Counted from the whole stretch's first letter, positions 11,511-25,832 are shown. The stretch is DNA of 56,752 nt, filler included, from Streblomastix strix (GCA_008636045.1; 3 parts of 3 records of this genome joined end to end with filler, not necessarily neighbours in it), one strand, 5' to 3'. Notes: generated by a model from the sequence alone, not told the origin. Numbers and translations: made by a program.

Positions 11511-14500
11511 TCAATATTTCCCATTGTTTCTGGTTTATAATTTTGTCTTCTAGCTTTATTTTGATTTAAATGATCTTCGATGTGCGTTTGAACCACTATG
11601 AAGCTAATATATCGATTAATCGTCTTCATCATCTTCATCTTCGTCATCAAATTCTTCATCTTTTTTCTCATCGATACTTACATCTTTGTTCTACTTTTTG
11701 ATTCTGGAAGTTACATCATCTTTTTAAGCAGTTTCATCATTTTAAATTGAAGTTTCATTATTATTCTTTCCTTAATTAAAATTGTCATGCTCTTTCTTCA
11801 GTTTTTAATATTCAAGCATCATTCTGTTATCATTCATAATATGTATTTCGATGAAATATTCAAATAAAGCTGAAATTCCTTCTCTAATATCATTTCCTTC
11901 TTCAAATTTCTTCACTAAATTATCGAATTAATTCAATATCTCATTGATATCCTTATCATATTAGATCAAATATAAATTATCTTTATTTGTTTGATTAACT
12001 TATATTGAAAAATCTGTGGTTAAATTTGATTATTTCTATAAAGACGACTGTGGGCTTTTGATGTTCTGTCTTCTTTATGATTTCTTTATTTGCTCCAAAT
12101 CATTCTTTTTTCTCTTCTTGCTGTTTAATTCAGTCAAATCATCATCAGTATCACTTTCCCCATATCTTCCTGATCCACTTCCACTTCCACTTCCAGAATT
12201 ACTGAAATCATCGTCGTCATTTTCTTTCTCTTTCCTTCTTTTTCTTTATTTATTTTTTTCTTCATTCTTTTTTAAATCCTGCTTATTTTCATCTGGATCT
12301 ACTATCTCAATTCCTTCTGGAATAAGAAGCTTTTCCTCTCTCTTATGTTTCTCTAATGCTCTTCTAACATTTTCTGCTTTGGAGGCAAACATTTTATCTT
12401 CACCCTTTATTAAGTGTTCCATCATTTCTCCTGCATTTTCAATTATAGACTAATGCAAGTCATCTATTTTGGCCTCTCCAAGAATATAAGCCTTGTTCCA
12501 ATGTATTGACATTGTTTCTTCAGTGGGAATTAACTCTCGAATTCTCAATGTCTTTGATACAACATGATCCAGCTAAATCTAAATGTGGAAGAAGAGATAC
12601 GAAAAGACAATTATTATTATCAATAAATTCAATACGCTTACTACAGTAATAATAATAATTTATTTCTTCATTTGTTTATTTGCATCTTCAGCCAATAATG
12701 TAGTGATTTACTCGAGTCCTTATCCAAGATCCCATACAAGAGCGGTATTTAAATATATAAAAGCAGATTAGGTTGATTATATTTCATTAATACCTCTTAA
12801 GACAATGAGTTATGAAGATCTAAATAATAACTACATCAAAGCTTCAATACCATTTACTGGAACTCCTGATCCTAATGATGTAGTTGGCATTCTTTGCTTA
12901 TATACTTCGCATTCCTATTTATTTAGCAAGAAGCATGTCGAAGGTTAAAATAGAGCATTATGAACGCTCTTCACATTGAACGAATCATAAACAAGCGCAG
13001 GATCGAGAAGTGAATCTCCGATCTCTCTTACTTCACCAAACCGTGAAAGATCGTGAATATGTCTCAAATATTCTGTAAATTAAGAAAAAGTCTGCAAAAC
13101 TTGCGATTTATTTGGAGAAAGATGATCCATTCCCAACCAACCAGGAGAAGATCTCAACAACTAGGAATCATTCAACACACCCTTTCCAGGAACAATTAAA
13201 TGCAATGCGAGAAACGGAAGAAGTTATGCAGATGAAGCCCTGAGACCAGAAAGGCCCAATCTTGTAGGCCAGGGCTCTACTTGGTATGTAACTAGCACAA
13301 CCATAGTCATTTATGCAAGAAGAGATAATGATAGTATTATATACATCATAATGATTATTGTTATGGTGTTAATTGGAACGGCATTCTGGAATACTCTCTT
13401 CTACCTCTTATGCGATTACTCGGGCACTCTTAATGGTACATGTCTCTTTGGATGCATATTCTTCTGCAATTCCAATAATGCTACTGTTTCTTTGAGTTTT
13501 GATTATGGTTATCTTTTAATTAATTAATTATCAGTATTTAAATTGGTTGGTACATTTATATTTGATTCGTGTTCTGAATCTTTAGCTGATGAACGATTTG
13601 AACTAAATTCAGAAATGGGGATGGAGGGTTATATTTATTTACTTAATAGAGTTTACTAATTTTATTATTAGTTTGTATTGTTTGAGTAATGCAATTCATC
13701 TTATAATATTGATATAGTAGATTATTATATTTACTATTATACTTGTTGCTGTTGTTGATGATCTAAGGACTAATCAATAAACAATGATCCAATTTTTTAA
13801 ACCGGTTTTTAACTTTACGAGAATTGAGAATGTGAATTATTCTATTAATTTGGAGCAGTAAATATAGCAGATTAGTTTTCTTATTTATTTATTAGTATTT
13901 CTGTATTTGCTCTTTATGGAGAATGCATTGGTGAAAGACTATTCAATTTCAAAGTCTAATTTTGAGTTAAATCTTGTTGTAATTAATTAAAAGAATGAAC
14001 TTGAGATGATAAGTTAAGTCTAGGAACCATATTAAGAAAAGATTAATGTCTTTTTTATGGCAACTAAATTTATTTTAATGATCCTGATGGCTTAAGTGTG
14101 AAAAATTATTAATTTAATTGGTTTTTCGTTGGATCAATTTTTGCTAATGATTATTTTCTGCTGAGACTAGGTTAATTAAATTTTTCAGATTCTTATTATA
14201 GTTATTGTTTTAATTAAACTAATGATAAATGATTTAATTAATTATCCTATTTAATTTCTGTTTATTCTGTTGTACGAGAAGATGAGAAAAGTGAACTTGA
14301 TTGATTGGAGAGTGGAGTTAGAGTGGATAATGATGAATAATGAGATTAAATTGGAGGTGAGAAGGTGGATTAAAAAAGAAAAGGAGAATGCGGAGTAAGT
14401 GTATGAAATACTTTTGTGCTTTCGTTGCTCATGATAACATTATCATAATCGTTATCATTATCATCTATATTTGAAAGATTGTCTTCATTTTCTATTGTAT

Positions 14501-17500
14501 GTCCCCCAACGGAAATTGTATTACTTCTATTCCTACTATATTTTTAAGCAATTTTTCTTTCTCTTACTTTTAAATTTCGCTTTCTTCTTTTCTTTTGTTT
14601 TTCTTCTTATTTTTCTTTTTCTTAAATATCATCATCATTGAATGTTTCTTTTTCTGCTTCTTAATTTCTTTCTTTACTCCTTTTGCTATCTATTCTATTT
14701 TAACTTCTTTCTTTTTCTATTTCAATTGATTCACTTTTTTAACTCTAATAACTTTCTATTCTTTAACTATTATCTCTCAATATTTCTTAACTTTATTAGC
14801 TTTCATTATCTGTTTCAGTGTTTCCTTTTCTTTCTCTTTTACTTCTTTGTTTGCTTCTCCCTCTTGATTTACTTCTTTTCTTTTCTTTATTTCTATCAGA
14901 TATTTAAGATTAAGATTTTTCCTCTTCTTTTTCTTTTTCTTTCTTAGTCCAATTTTATCTTTTTAATTTCTCAAGCATACCCAAGCTTCTTATATTCATG
15001 TTATTTTATTCCTAATTTTTATCAACATTCATATTATCTTAATCATTGTTGTTTATTCCACCATTCACTCTTGATATTTTTTGCTTATCATTAATATTTT
15101 CAGCATAAATATTAGAAAAATGTGTTTATAAATGTGGTTTATTTGAATTTAATGATTTTTAAGATAAAACACGACCTAATTATTATATAGATGTTAAAGA
15201 ATGCAAAGATTTTTATGAAACTGATTGAGCTAATGATTTATGAGAAATAGAACGATAAACTTAGTTATTATTTTGTGAAGGAGAATATGTCAATGAATGA
15301 TTTGTAGGAGATAATTATTAGAGATGGTTAGTAGGAGATAATTATTAGAGATGGTTAGTTGGAGAAAATTATTAGAATTGTTTAGGAGGAGATTTTATTG
15401 AATTATTCGAAGTAATATTCCCACTTGAAGCTAAAGAATTATTTTAACTTATCATCCTATTACCAAGTGAATTATGTGAATTGAATAATTAAATGATTGA
15501 TGCGTTAGATGGAGAAATTACAGGTGAAAGTTATCCTAAATTTTACTGTTATTAAAGTGATTCTAAAAATTCTTAATCATGTCCACTTCCAACTTAAATT
15601 TATAAGTTATTAGGGTTTAAAAATCTGCTTTTAGAAAAATCTTTCTATTTTAATTGCATAGAATCAGAACCTTGAATTTATGAAATTAGATTTTAATGAG
15701 ATTAACTTTATTTTAACTAATTCTCAATTTTATGGTCTGGTAATTAATGTGATTTAGATAACTAATGTTGAACTTATAATTAATTTAAATATTACTGTTA
15801 TTACAATTACAATAATTTTTATTATATCTATTACTGCTACAATAACTGCTAAGCTATATTTATTGTATTGAATTTCTTATAAGACGGTTAACTAGAAATA
15901 GACTTTGAAGAAGATGAACCAGAGAGATGAAGTCGTGGAGATTAACTATTTGAGTGATTAGGAGAAGTCATATTTGAATGAGGAGGAGAGAAGTGAGATT
16001 ATGTTGGAGATATCAGAAGATGAGGATGAGCAGGGAATGGAGGTGGATAGATGCTCTGATTTGGAGATAGTGTCTATGGAATGGGAGAAGAAGCAGAGAG
16101 ATGGGGGATCTGTGAGACAGATTAGAAATGTGACTGATTTGGGAACTATTGAGATATGGAAGCTTAAGATGACTCCTATGACTATGATTAAGGGAATTGA
16201 GAAGTTGGAGTTGGAACAGATGATATATTTTAATAGGATGGAGATTCACTTGTATTCAAATGAGCTTATCTAACATATATCTATCTTGAAGATGATAGTA
16301 ATTAAGGATCATATTACTATATTATTTATTATTGATATTGTTATTGTTGTTGAAACTATTATTGTTTTGATAATTATTGCTACAATGAAGGTGAAATTGA
16401 AGGAGATGATAATATTGTTTATAAAGGAGATAAAGTAGCAGTTGAAGATTAGTTATTATTATGAGTTGGAGAAAAGCTATTGATATGCGATGCAGTTGGA
16501 GATATTTAATGTGAATAAAATGGAGAAGTTAATTATGGAGATTAAGGAGAATAATGTGGAGAAATAATTGATGTTGATGTTGATTCTGATTGTAATGTAG
16601 CTTATGAGACAGTAAACGTTTGTGATAGTGATGATCTTGGTAATTAGAATTAAAATTATTATAATAATGTTGGTTATGATTGTGATATTTATCCTGATTA
16701 TTGGCTCTATTAAAGTTATGGTTGAGCAGAAAATTAATTAAGATTCTATGAATGTTGAGATTACATATCTGATTATGAAGATTTCGTACTAGTTTATTAT
16801 AGATTCGTAAATCCAGAATTAGCAGATGACTGTTATGATAAGTTTTATTATTATTATAATTATTATTAATTAATCTAATTTGGAATCTAAATTTATATTT
16901 ATTTTGGTGATTTTATACTTTAAGATTATGGTGATAATTATTTTTATCCTTCTGATACATTCTACTAATCCAATATTAACGATAATTTTAATAAAGGAAT
17001 ACTATTTATTCTCTACGAAGATGCGCTCAATTTATGAATTTAAGTATTTTATTGTTATAATTGCTATTATATTAGTTATTGTTGTTATTGCTATTATTAT
17101 AGTTACTGCTATTGTTAAAGTGATAACTATTATGTAATTCGAGCTGAATCTTATTTAACCTATTAATTTAATGGAAGTTGTTGATTTATATTCGAATTAT
17201 TTGATGAAATTGATTATTATTTTGAAATTTGAGAAATAAGTTATTATTTAATACCAAGCGATGATTGAGGTGATATTTATTGCAGTAAAACATTTCCTGT
17301 TCGGGGTTTAGTTGGATTTGAAAGACCTGCTTAAGATAAATTCTGGGGTTAGGCTAATTAAATTTGAGTAGAAATTAGTGAAATTTATTATTTTTATTAT
17401 AATATTTTTTATAATTATTATTTATGAATCAAAAATGTATTTACTCTAGGAGAAGATTATTATGAAGATGACCGAGAACTTAAATCAACATTTTGATCGT

Positions 17501-18776
17501 TATGCTCCCCTGCATTTAGTTATTTATTATGATTATTAAGCTATTTATTACTATTATCGCTATTATAAGAATAATTTGAATATGTGGTGTTTGATGTTGG
17601 TCTGTCTATCAATAAGTGTTGTTATTCTTATGACAATGTAGATGGAGAAATTACTCCATGTGATTATTAAGATGAAAATGTGGATTTGGCTGTCGTGTTA
17701 GAAGTATGCGATATATTTGATCTATTTGATATTTCTGATTCTTATTACTCCATTTGAAGATGCTATTGTAATTGTTTCTATGCCTATTATTAATCTTATT
17801 CTTCGATCAATTATTGTTAATTTTTCTGATCGAATTAACTTTATTAATCTTATTATTATTGCAGATGTTGCTAATTATTAATTCTTTCAATATGCTAAGG
17901 AGATTCAAGAGATTATCTTGTAACAATATCATGAGGGAGATGCAATTAAGGTACAATGGAATTATGAGTCAGAGATTAAGATGGCACATATACTGATTAT
18001 TGTTATAATTATAAAGAAAGAGGAGAACGACGATATTATTATTTTTATTATTATTAATCAATAATTATTTATTCTTTACTTTAGTTTGCATTTTCTTTTA
18101 ATTATTATTTCTATTATTCAATATTATTCAAATTGTTAATTATATTTACATTAGAATTTACATTTTAATTCTATTCAATTTCCGTTTTAACTTCATTTGA
18201 ATTTTCAATAATATTTGATGCTTATAACAAATTTTATTTTTTTAATGAACCAAATTGGCTATTTGTTCCCATTTAAATAATTCCTGTGTTCATTTATAGC
18301 TATTATTATGGAATAACGAAAGGAAATTATTACATCTAATGGGTTTATTATTATTAATTGCTATGTAAAGTATTTTAATTAGAAATATTTGAAGAATTAG
18401 ATGAAGAGGCTGATAATTACCCTAATTATGCTAATGGACTTCTAAATCTATTTACTGAAAAATCTCGAGGTGAAGAAGCTTAATTTCTTAATTATTATGC
18501 TTTCTATAACAATAATTATGCTTGTGATTAAAATTGTGGTTAAATTGCTTATATTTATTATTATTATAAATAAGGAAGTTATGATTATAAAGACTATTTT
18601 AATTATCTAGGTGTTGTCATAGTGAATGAATTTTATTATTTCAGATTAAATTTTTATATTCTAATATTTTATTATAATTATTGTTATTATTCATTTTAAA
18701 TATTATTTTGATCTGAAGGTAATGATTGTTACTCAGAAGATGTTTAATTTAAAGTTGCTTAATTTGCAGTATCTTA

Positions 18777-18852
<76 letters not shown>
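11511..18852 (-). CDS. 5'-partial giant membrane protein: about 1800 aa Q/S/P-rich disordered region, TM-loop-TM module, C-terminal degenerate hemerythrin-like domain
   Basis: The same frame is open at every point sampled (12661, 14641, 15001, 16021, 17701, 18721); TGA at 11511-11513. Hydrophobic helices ITIIIMMYIILSLSLLAQMTMVVLV (about 13280-13370) and IIIITVVSVLNLLIIIIVFSYLFF (about 12590-12660). Then WNKAYILGEAKIDDLHQSII and LFEYFIEIHIMNDNRMMLEYQKLKKEHDNF. Confidence 0.85.
15304..15400 (-). repeat. 27-bp coding tandem repeat, about 3.5 copies, encoding QQLSPTNHL-like units
   Basis: gtaggagataattattagagatggtta twice, followed by diverged copies. Confidence 0.8.
18780..18852 (-). repeat. 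(TAA)n microsatellite, in-frame poly-Gln, at contig end
   Basis: Perfect (TAT/TTA)n run in frame with the 11511-18852 ORF. Confidence 0.9.
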
Positions 18853-18952
18853 NNNNNNNNNNNNNNNNNNNNNNNNNNNNNNNNNNNNNNNNNNNNTTAA
18901 TTAATTAANNNNNNNNNNNNNNNNNNNNNNNNNNNNNNNNNNNNNNNNNNNN
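18853..18952. other. Artificial contig linker
   Basis: 44 N + TTAATTAATTAA + 44 N = exactly 100 bp. Confidence 0.98.
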
Positions 18953-21900
18953 ATAAGTTAATGAATCAAGAGATCTAGAAGGTAGTTATATTCGATAAAA
19001 ATAATAGGAATTAGAAGGTAAAATTAGTTTATAAAGAAAAGATAAATCATTAAACCATAAATTTTACGCTTAATCTATTATATAATTGTCTAATAGTCTA
19101 ATCTTAAAAATAAATATGTCTGTTAAATTTTTATCTTTCGTCTCATCTTTAGACCTTATTTGATAGAACTTGTTTGTATTGTATATATTATAGACAAAAT
19201 AATCTACCCATAATAAATTATCAACTGAGTCATTCTCTTGGTCATTAACTAAGTGGAAAATTTTATTTTTATTAATGTCATCATTAGGTATAAATTATTT
19301 AACTACGAGATAACCAAAAGATAAATCGCAACATTTACCATTAATGTCGTTCAATCTAATTTATCTCTTTATGAATCCATCACTTCTAATTTTCTTTGAT
19401 TGGCAGTTTATTTCTCTATCTAACTTTGAATTCCACACAATTAATGATTCCTCAATAACTAAATATCTGAGATAGTCTATAATTGGTTCATAATTTTAAC
19501 GTTATTTTTCACAATTAATTCGGTACATCTTATTTTAGGCTGATTTTTTCTAATCTAAATATTTATCAAAGAAAGTGATTGATTACCTAGTTTAAAAAAA
19601 TAAAATAAAACTAAAAAAGACATGTTGCATCGCTGTTTTATTTTTCAAAGAGCAGCTTTCCGAACTATAATTGATTCTCAACTTATTAAAGAATATCCAC
19701 CTATCAAGACTTAACTTAACCACATCAAAACGCTGTTAAAAGGTAACAAAATATAAGTTAATTAATCGTTACGAGGATGACTGATTCACTTTCAGGACAT
19801 ATACAAACAATTCAAAGCATAGACAGTGATAACGAGAGGTATCAAAGCATATTTGATTAACAAGCAATAACCATCTACTTTAGATTCAAATAAAATAATT
19901 CCTAATTAAATGAGATCCTAAGAAATAGAAAAAGCAATAGGGCTACTAATGCGGAGGGAACTGCAGCAGAAAATAGTCGGAGAAGAGTCTGCGAATTAGC
20001 TGTAATGGATCAATTCTTGTTTTAAAATTTCGAAGAAGGATCAGGTAAAATGGAGAAAGATAACAGATTGTTCTCTATTGAATAAACATTTCCTATCAAC
20101 ACATTTCATAATTGAAGATATTCAAAGTCTTCAATAACTACTGTAAACCAAGAATTCCATGGAGAAGATCGATCTCGAGACCTTCCTTTAGCATAATCAG
20201 GTAGAAATGGATTTCAGACTCTTCTATGAATTCTCATACAATTATAAATTCTACTAATAAAAGGCGAAGTGCTTCTGGTTCAAGTGTGTCCCATTCATCT
20301 TCCATAAAATTCTCAAACAATTGATCAAATTTATTAAAGAATTTCTACAAGTACAAATATTCGCATATTGCGTCGACATCATCAAATTACACCAGAATTA
20401 ATGCGAGTTGAACAAAAAGGAATAAACAGTCATCAACACATTAACGAACTTCAGAGTTCAAGATATCAATAAATAAGTCTGTACTTCAACCATTAATGCA
20501 AATGAAGTTTCTAGTATGCCAGATAGATTCCAATTTAGATCAATTATCAATGATTCCGAGTAAACAAAAAAAATAAACCAAATTCTGAGAAGATGAAGAA
20601 GGAATGCAACATATCATTAAACTGTGAAAATTTAGATTCCTAGCAAGGTTTATAGGACGTTTAACTTTCTGCGACTACAATTCAAGAGATGTGGTTTCTA
20701 TTTAAAGAATTTTAAAAAATCTAAATCATTGGCCACACTGTTGGATGGTTGGAATGCATTGTTAGTTCTGAATATATAAGTTCTGAAGGAGATATTCTGG
20801 TGAATTTCGATGATATCAAGGGATAATTCAATTCCAGCAATAATATTCAAATTTCATGCTGCATTAGCAATGGATACGAGTAAAGCACACTGGGTTGCAA
20901 CAATGAATCAACAAAATCTGGTTCAAGAAATTTGGTTTTGGAGCAAATGGAGACAGAATTGGCACTTTACAAGAAGTAATCAGATAGAAATAGCAGATAT
21001 TCTTTATTTACTTTGCCGCTCCGCGAGCTATTTAAAAGAAAGATAGAAAAAATCTCTAAAGATCCAGATAAATAACAGCTCAATTATTTAATATATCCTT
21101 CGGGATTCATCAGCATAATAATTTGCGAAGCAGGAGAATTTAACTAAAGAAACTGTAGAAATTCTTAATCTCCAACTTCACGCATTCCATATTCCCTGAG
21201 TTACAAACAAGATACCGGATTCATTGTAGAGATTATCAGCTTCTGGATATTATTCACCACATCATTAAGTCTTCGAGAATGTTCTACGAACATTAAAGAC
21301 ACTTCAATCAATAGATTTATTTTCGAACTAGAAGAATTGAAAATTGAAGCGATTTGCTAGCCCGACATCAAACAGCTGGGTAGTCGGATAATATTTTCTA
21401 TTGCTTCTGTGGAAGGGAGAACTGACTAACTTCTATCGGCCAATCGCATCGATCCAAGCAACTCTCAACAAAGTGAGACAGAAGAATGTTCCATCATTTA
21501 TAATTGTGCAAAATTGGCCATCCAAATCTTGATTGCCCAGATCGATGGATCTAGCAACGAGCAACATCAATCTGGGAAAAAGTGAAGACATGATAATATC
21601 AAGAGATAGTTCACTGAAGATGCAAAATGGCAAGTTATTGATGGATTGCATAACATCTTGTGCAGGTACAGAAAGAGAATCAAAGAATTTGAAGAATTAA
21701 CGAAAAAATTATGGAAAAATATGAAGATTTGACGATAATTAAAGACACAGAAACTGAGAAATCGAATTTTACTGCCTAATAAATCTCAATTCATGTTACA
21801 AAAGCCAATTCAATCGTTAATAGAATAGCAGTGGAAATGCTATTCAGAATTTTTGACTTCCAAAAAGATAAAATAAAAAGTTTTATATTATAGAAGATTA

Positions 21901-22720
21901 TGAAAAACCTCTTGCAATTACATGGAAGAAAAAAAGGAAGAACCAATATGTAAGTTGGATATATTTCTGAAGCATAAACATGAAAGAGCTAATTTTATGT
22001 AAAAATTGAGTGAATAGATGCACTTAGGATGTAATTTATATCTACAATTTAAGCGTTAACTACTTTCAGTTTAACTTGGATTAATCCAGCTTCCATAGTT
22101 ATGTGGGACGATGAGGTATGATAATTAAGCATATCAATTTGAAAAGCAAATAATTTCGATCTAACAATGACATTATGAAATCTTTCTAATTCTGGAGTAT
22201 CTTCTACAATTTAATTAAGTAGTTGGATTGCGTTAAGAATCGAAGAGGATCGTGATAAATCACTTTAGTGGCTATCTACGAACAAGAAGGGTTCTTCTTA
22301 TGAAAACTTTTCCAAAGCTGTTTATATAATCATAAATGCTTCCAAAATACGAACTAAGAAATTTGTCACTTTAATGCGCATAGTATCAATCACAAAGGGC
22401 ACTGACTAGGGAGCTACAATATAAGAAATCAATAGAGCATCTTGATGTAAAGATGGGCTAGTACTGCTGCATTAAACTATGATATGAATTTTAATGATAC
22501 AATAAGAGAGAGAGACTGACAAATTTTGAATGATGATTAAGTCTCTCAAAAAAAATATAGTCCAGATAAAATGGATGCAAGATAATCTTGTAATGAAATG
22601 GAAAGGTTATCGTAGCTATCCATGTATCTAGAATACAACCTTTTTCCCATCTCATGAACTTCATCCTCCTCCAATATATATCTATTTGCAGAAGAATTCA
22701 GTTAATTCCTTCTTTATGAG
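18953..22720 (+). mobile_element. Decayed DIRS-like tyrosine-recombinase retrotransposon (gag-like, RT, RNase H, methyltransferase-like, YR)
   Basis: RT GKWRKITDCSLLNK...AYCVDII (about 20040-20400); RNase H MDTSKAHWVA...SNQIEI...FHIP*VTNKIPDSL; methyltransferase-like IDLFSN...PIASIQATLNKV...NWPS; YR tail SITKGTDQGATIQEINRAS...YDMNFNDTIRERL ending at 22533. Many stops and frameshifts; termini not identified. Confidence 0.85.
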
Positions 22721-23250
22721 TGTTTTTTTTACGTTTAAAGAAAATTTCAAATTGATTCTATTTATTTTAATTTTTTGTTTAGCATTTCGTGAATAATTTA
22801 TATTTCGTTTAAAATTAAATATATTTCCGAAACTGTGGAGCGAATTTCAAAACAATATCAGTGATGTTCGATTAAGATGATATACTGTTATTTAAACGTT
22901 TTTCTAATTCATTCAGGAAATGTTCATCAATATTCTTGACGATTTCAACATATTTAGTAAATGATCTAATTTTTTTATCAATATTATCAGTATTTTCTTG
23001 ATCAAAATATCGCTAAATCGGTTAGATAAAGATCTAGTCAGTAAAAAAAGACAAGAAAAAATATGAGAAAATTTGCTATTACATTGCAATATATTTGATT
23101 TCATATGGAGATAAATTGCTTGTAAAATTTAAAATTAAAACTTAGAAAATTTTAACATATAGATATTGATACAATCATAATTTATGAATTCAAAGTCAAC
23201 GCATAGTTATTGATAATGCAATTCAATATTATTTAGTATAATCTTTTTTT

Positions 23251-23722
23251 TCACCACTAAATAGCTTTTTCATTTGCAATATGCACTGTTGAAGGTGATT
23301 AAATTTTTTTCAAAGATCGAAGGATGCAAGAAGTACAACTTATATATACATATATCTATTGTATTCAATAAAAAAAAGAGAAAATAAATCAGAAATAATA
23401 AACCCAAAATTATTTAGAAACATACAAAAAAATGTACTTTATCGTTAATTCCTGAGATATAAATTGGTTATTAAACTCCTTCAAAAAAGAATTTTAATGT
23501 TCCTTTCTCTGAATCAAATTCAAGTTTCACTATCTGGTTATTTGTGAATCATGTGTTTCCTATATATTCATTTCCTTTATAGCCAACTTTTCCTTCTTTA
23601 TAACTTAAAAAATAAACAAATTCATTTAATGAAAATCAAAAAAAAATATATATTAAGATTTAATAATTAAATAAAATTTAGTACCTTCCATAATATACAG
23701 CCATATGCTGATTATCTAATTT

Positions 23723-23772
<50 letters not shown>

Positions 23773-24448
23773 TAATAAAGTATTTTTCAAACTAGGCGGG
23801 TCTTTGGGGTGAGCACCAACAGGGATACGATATATGTATGAGTCACGAACAATACCAACTCCTTAATAAATTACGGATAATTTAATAATTCAATAAAAAT
23901 AAGTAAGTAAATAAATAAATATAATTTCATACCAAAACAGCCATTTGCATAATATATGTCAAATATGGCTTCCAATTACCAAATTCCATCATCAAGGATT
24001 TGCATTATTGGTAATGTGTTGAACCGTAATTTTCGTATAAATCTTTTTTTGACCTTCATCAATATCTGTAAATTCAACATTAATATAATTAGGATTTTAG
24101 ATCTAAATTGGATAATCTGAATTTATTTAAATAAAAAATATATTCATTTATAAAAAAGAAGAATTTTAATTATTTATTATTGATTCCAATATTAATAATT
24201 AAAATTATTTAGTTTTTCGCTTTTAAATATTAAAATATATTTATACTTAGTGTCTCAATAATCTAATAAAATCGTGGATGATTTTTCAACTGAATAGTTT
24301 TCTTGCATATGCCAATAAATTAAATTGAATCTGGGACAAGCTTCAATTCTGAAAGTATTTCCAACAAAATATATTCTCCAAGTCCCAACAGTCCTCCAAT
24401 AACGTTATAATCACTTGGACTGTTACCATGAGAAATTATTTGGCCCAT
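23251..24448 (-). pseudogene. SPRY/B30.2-like domain protein, multi-exon, disrupted
   Basis: MGQIISHG...ILLEILSEL...QFIGICKKT...ILDDGIWQLEA...GIVRDSY...GNT*FTNNQIVKLEFDSEKGTLKFFFEGVQQPIYISGINDKV...IQW*. Frameshift near 24020-24050 and in-frame TGA at 23549-23551. Confidence 0.8.
23727..23768. repeat. (AT)n microsatellite in an intron
   Basis: About 20 AT units. Confidence 0.9.
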
Positions 24449-25448
24449 TCTGGAAATATTCATAAGAGAAGAGAAAATTATTGTTCTAAGTTCGATAATT
24501 TAAACATGTTAAAAATAATTCAAAAAATTGTCCAATTGCGAATGGAAATAAAGCGGGTGAAACATAAATATTAAATAATTATATTGCGTATTTATATATT
24601 TGCATGTTGATTTTGATGTGAAATTCAATCTGCTAACTCACAGATATAGCGAATCACAATTTTAATTTTTTGAATTTATTTCACGCGTATTACTGTATTA
24701 AATTTAGTGATAATGGCAAAAATATTATTTGTTTATTAAAATAGGTTGAATATTCGAACATACAACTAATATGTGCATGTGTAGATGTAGAAAACTGGAA
24801 TAATTGAATTTGTTAAATATTATATTAGTTTTATTTATTTTCACTGCAGACTTAGTTTGTACTTACTGGATATAAAGTAATATTTTGTATCTTTCTTAGG
24901 TTTGTCCTAATAAAATTATTTCAAAAAATTAATTAAATATTGCATTTTTACAGGTTATAAGCTAGTCTATCATAATAATAATACCATTTTCTTAGATACA
25001 TAGCATGATTTATATTATTAACATAGATATATATCATATTCTCATCATATAAATATAAAATAAAAAAAATTTGCGTATATCAACGAGCAGTAAGTAATTT
25101 AGTATAAAACATATTTTTCAAATATAATCATGCAAAATTATTCAAATATACAAACTTGGAAATGTTTTACTATAATTCCAAGTTGAAAATTTCCATTCAA
25201 CAATAATTTTTTTATTTCAAATGCTGTACGTGTTGCACATCACTTTTTTATATTTTAATCTACAATATTTACTTTAAAATAATTTATTAATAAATTTATA
25301 CTCAAAATTGAACAAAATATTACACTTTAGCTGACAATTTAGCAACTAGTCAATTTTTTTCTTTAAAAATCATCAAATCCGAAGCGTTGAACAGTTTAAC
25401 TTTGATAAATTATATCATTATCGTTGTTATTATATTTTTTAGACATTC

Positions 25449-25832
25449 ATGCATTCTCTGCACGGAGATATTGAAAACAACTCCGAAGTTAAGAAGTTGT
25501 TAGAAGAAATAAGAACTGGAAATTTTACCGAATTTGGGCTTCTTTAACTTGTTCCTAGCTTTGATTAATCTAACTTCGCCTTTCATAGTCATAAGAAAAA
25601 GAAGAAGAAACACGGTTTAAATGATGAATAATTTAATTAATTAAATTAATATTAATATAAAGGAAAAGAAGATTTTTGTGCGATTTGTTAAGATTAAATT
25701 GCAGAAAGTTCCGAAATTGATAAATTTGTCGTTATTCTACCTTGTCTACATAAATTTCACAGAAATTGCATCTAAATATGGTTAAAGAAAAGAAATACAT
25801 GTCCAATTGATAATATCGAAGTCAAAGTTTGA
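25449..25832 (+). CDS. Small RING-H2 finger protein (putative E3 ubiquitin ligase), 127 aa
   Basis: ATG to TGA, 384 nt; CAICQD...[27 protein letters not shown]. Confidence 0.9.

Noticed and set aside
12579..12635. Apparent 57-bp GT-AG intron
   Set aside because: It is in frame, has no TGA and encodes VLNLLIIIIVFSYLFF, the needed second half of a transmembrane helix.
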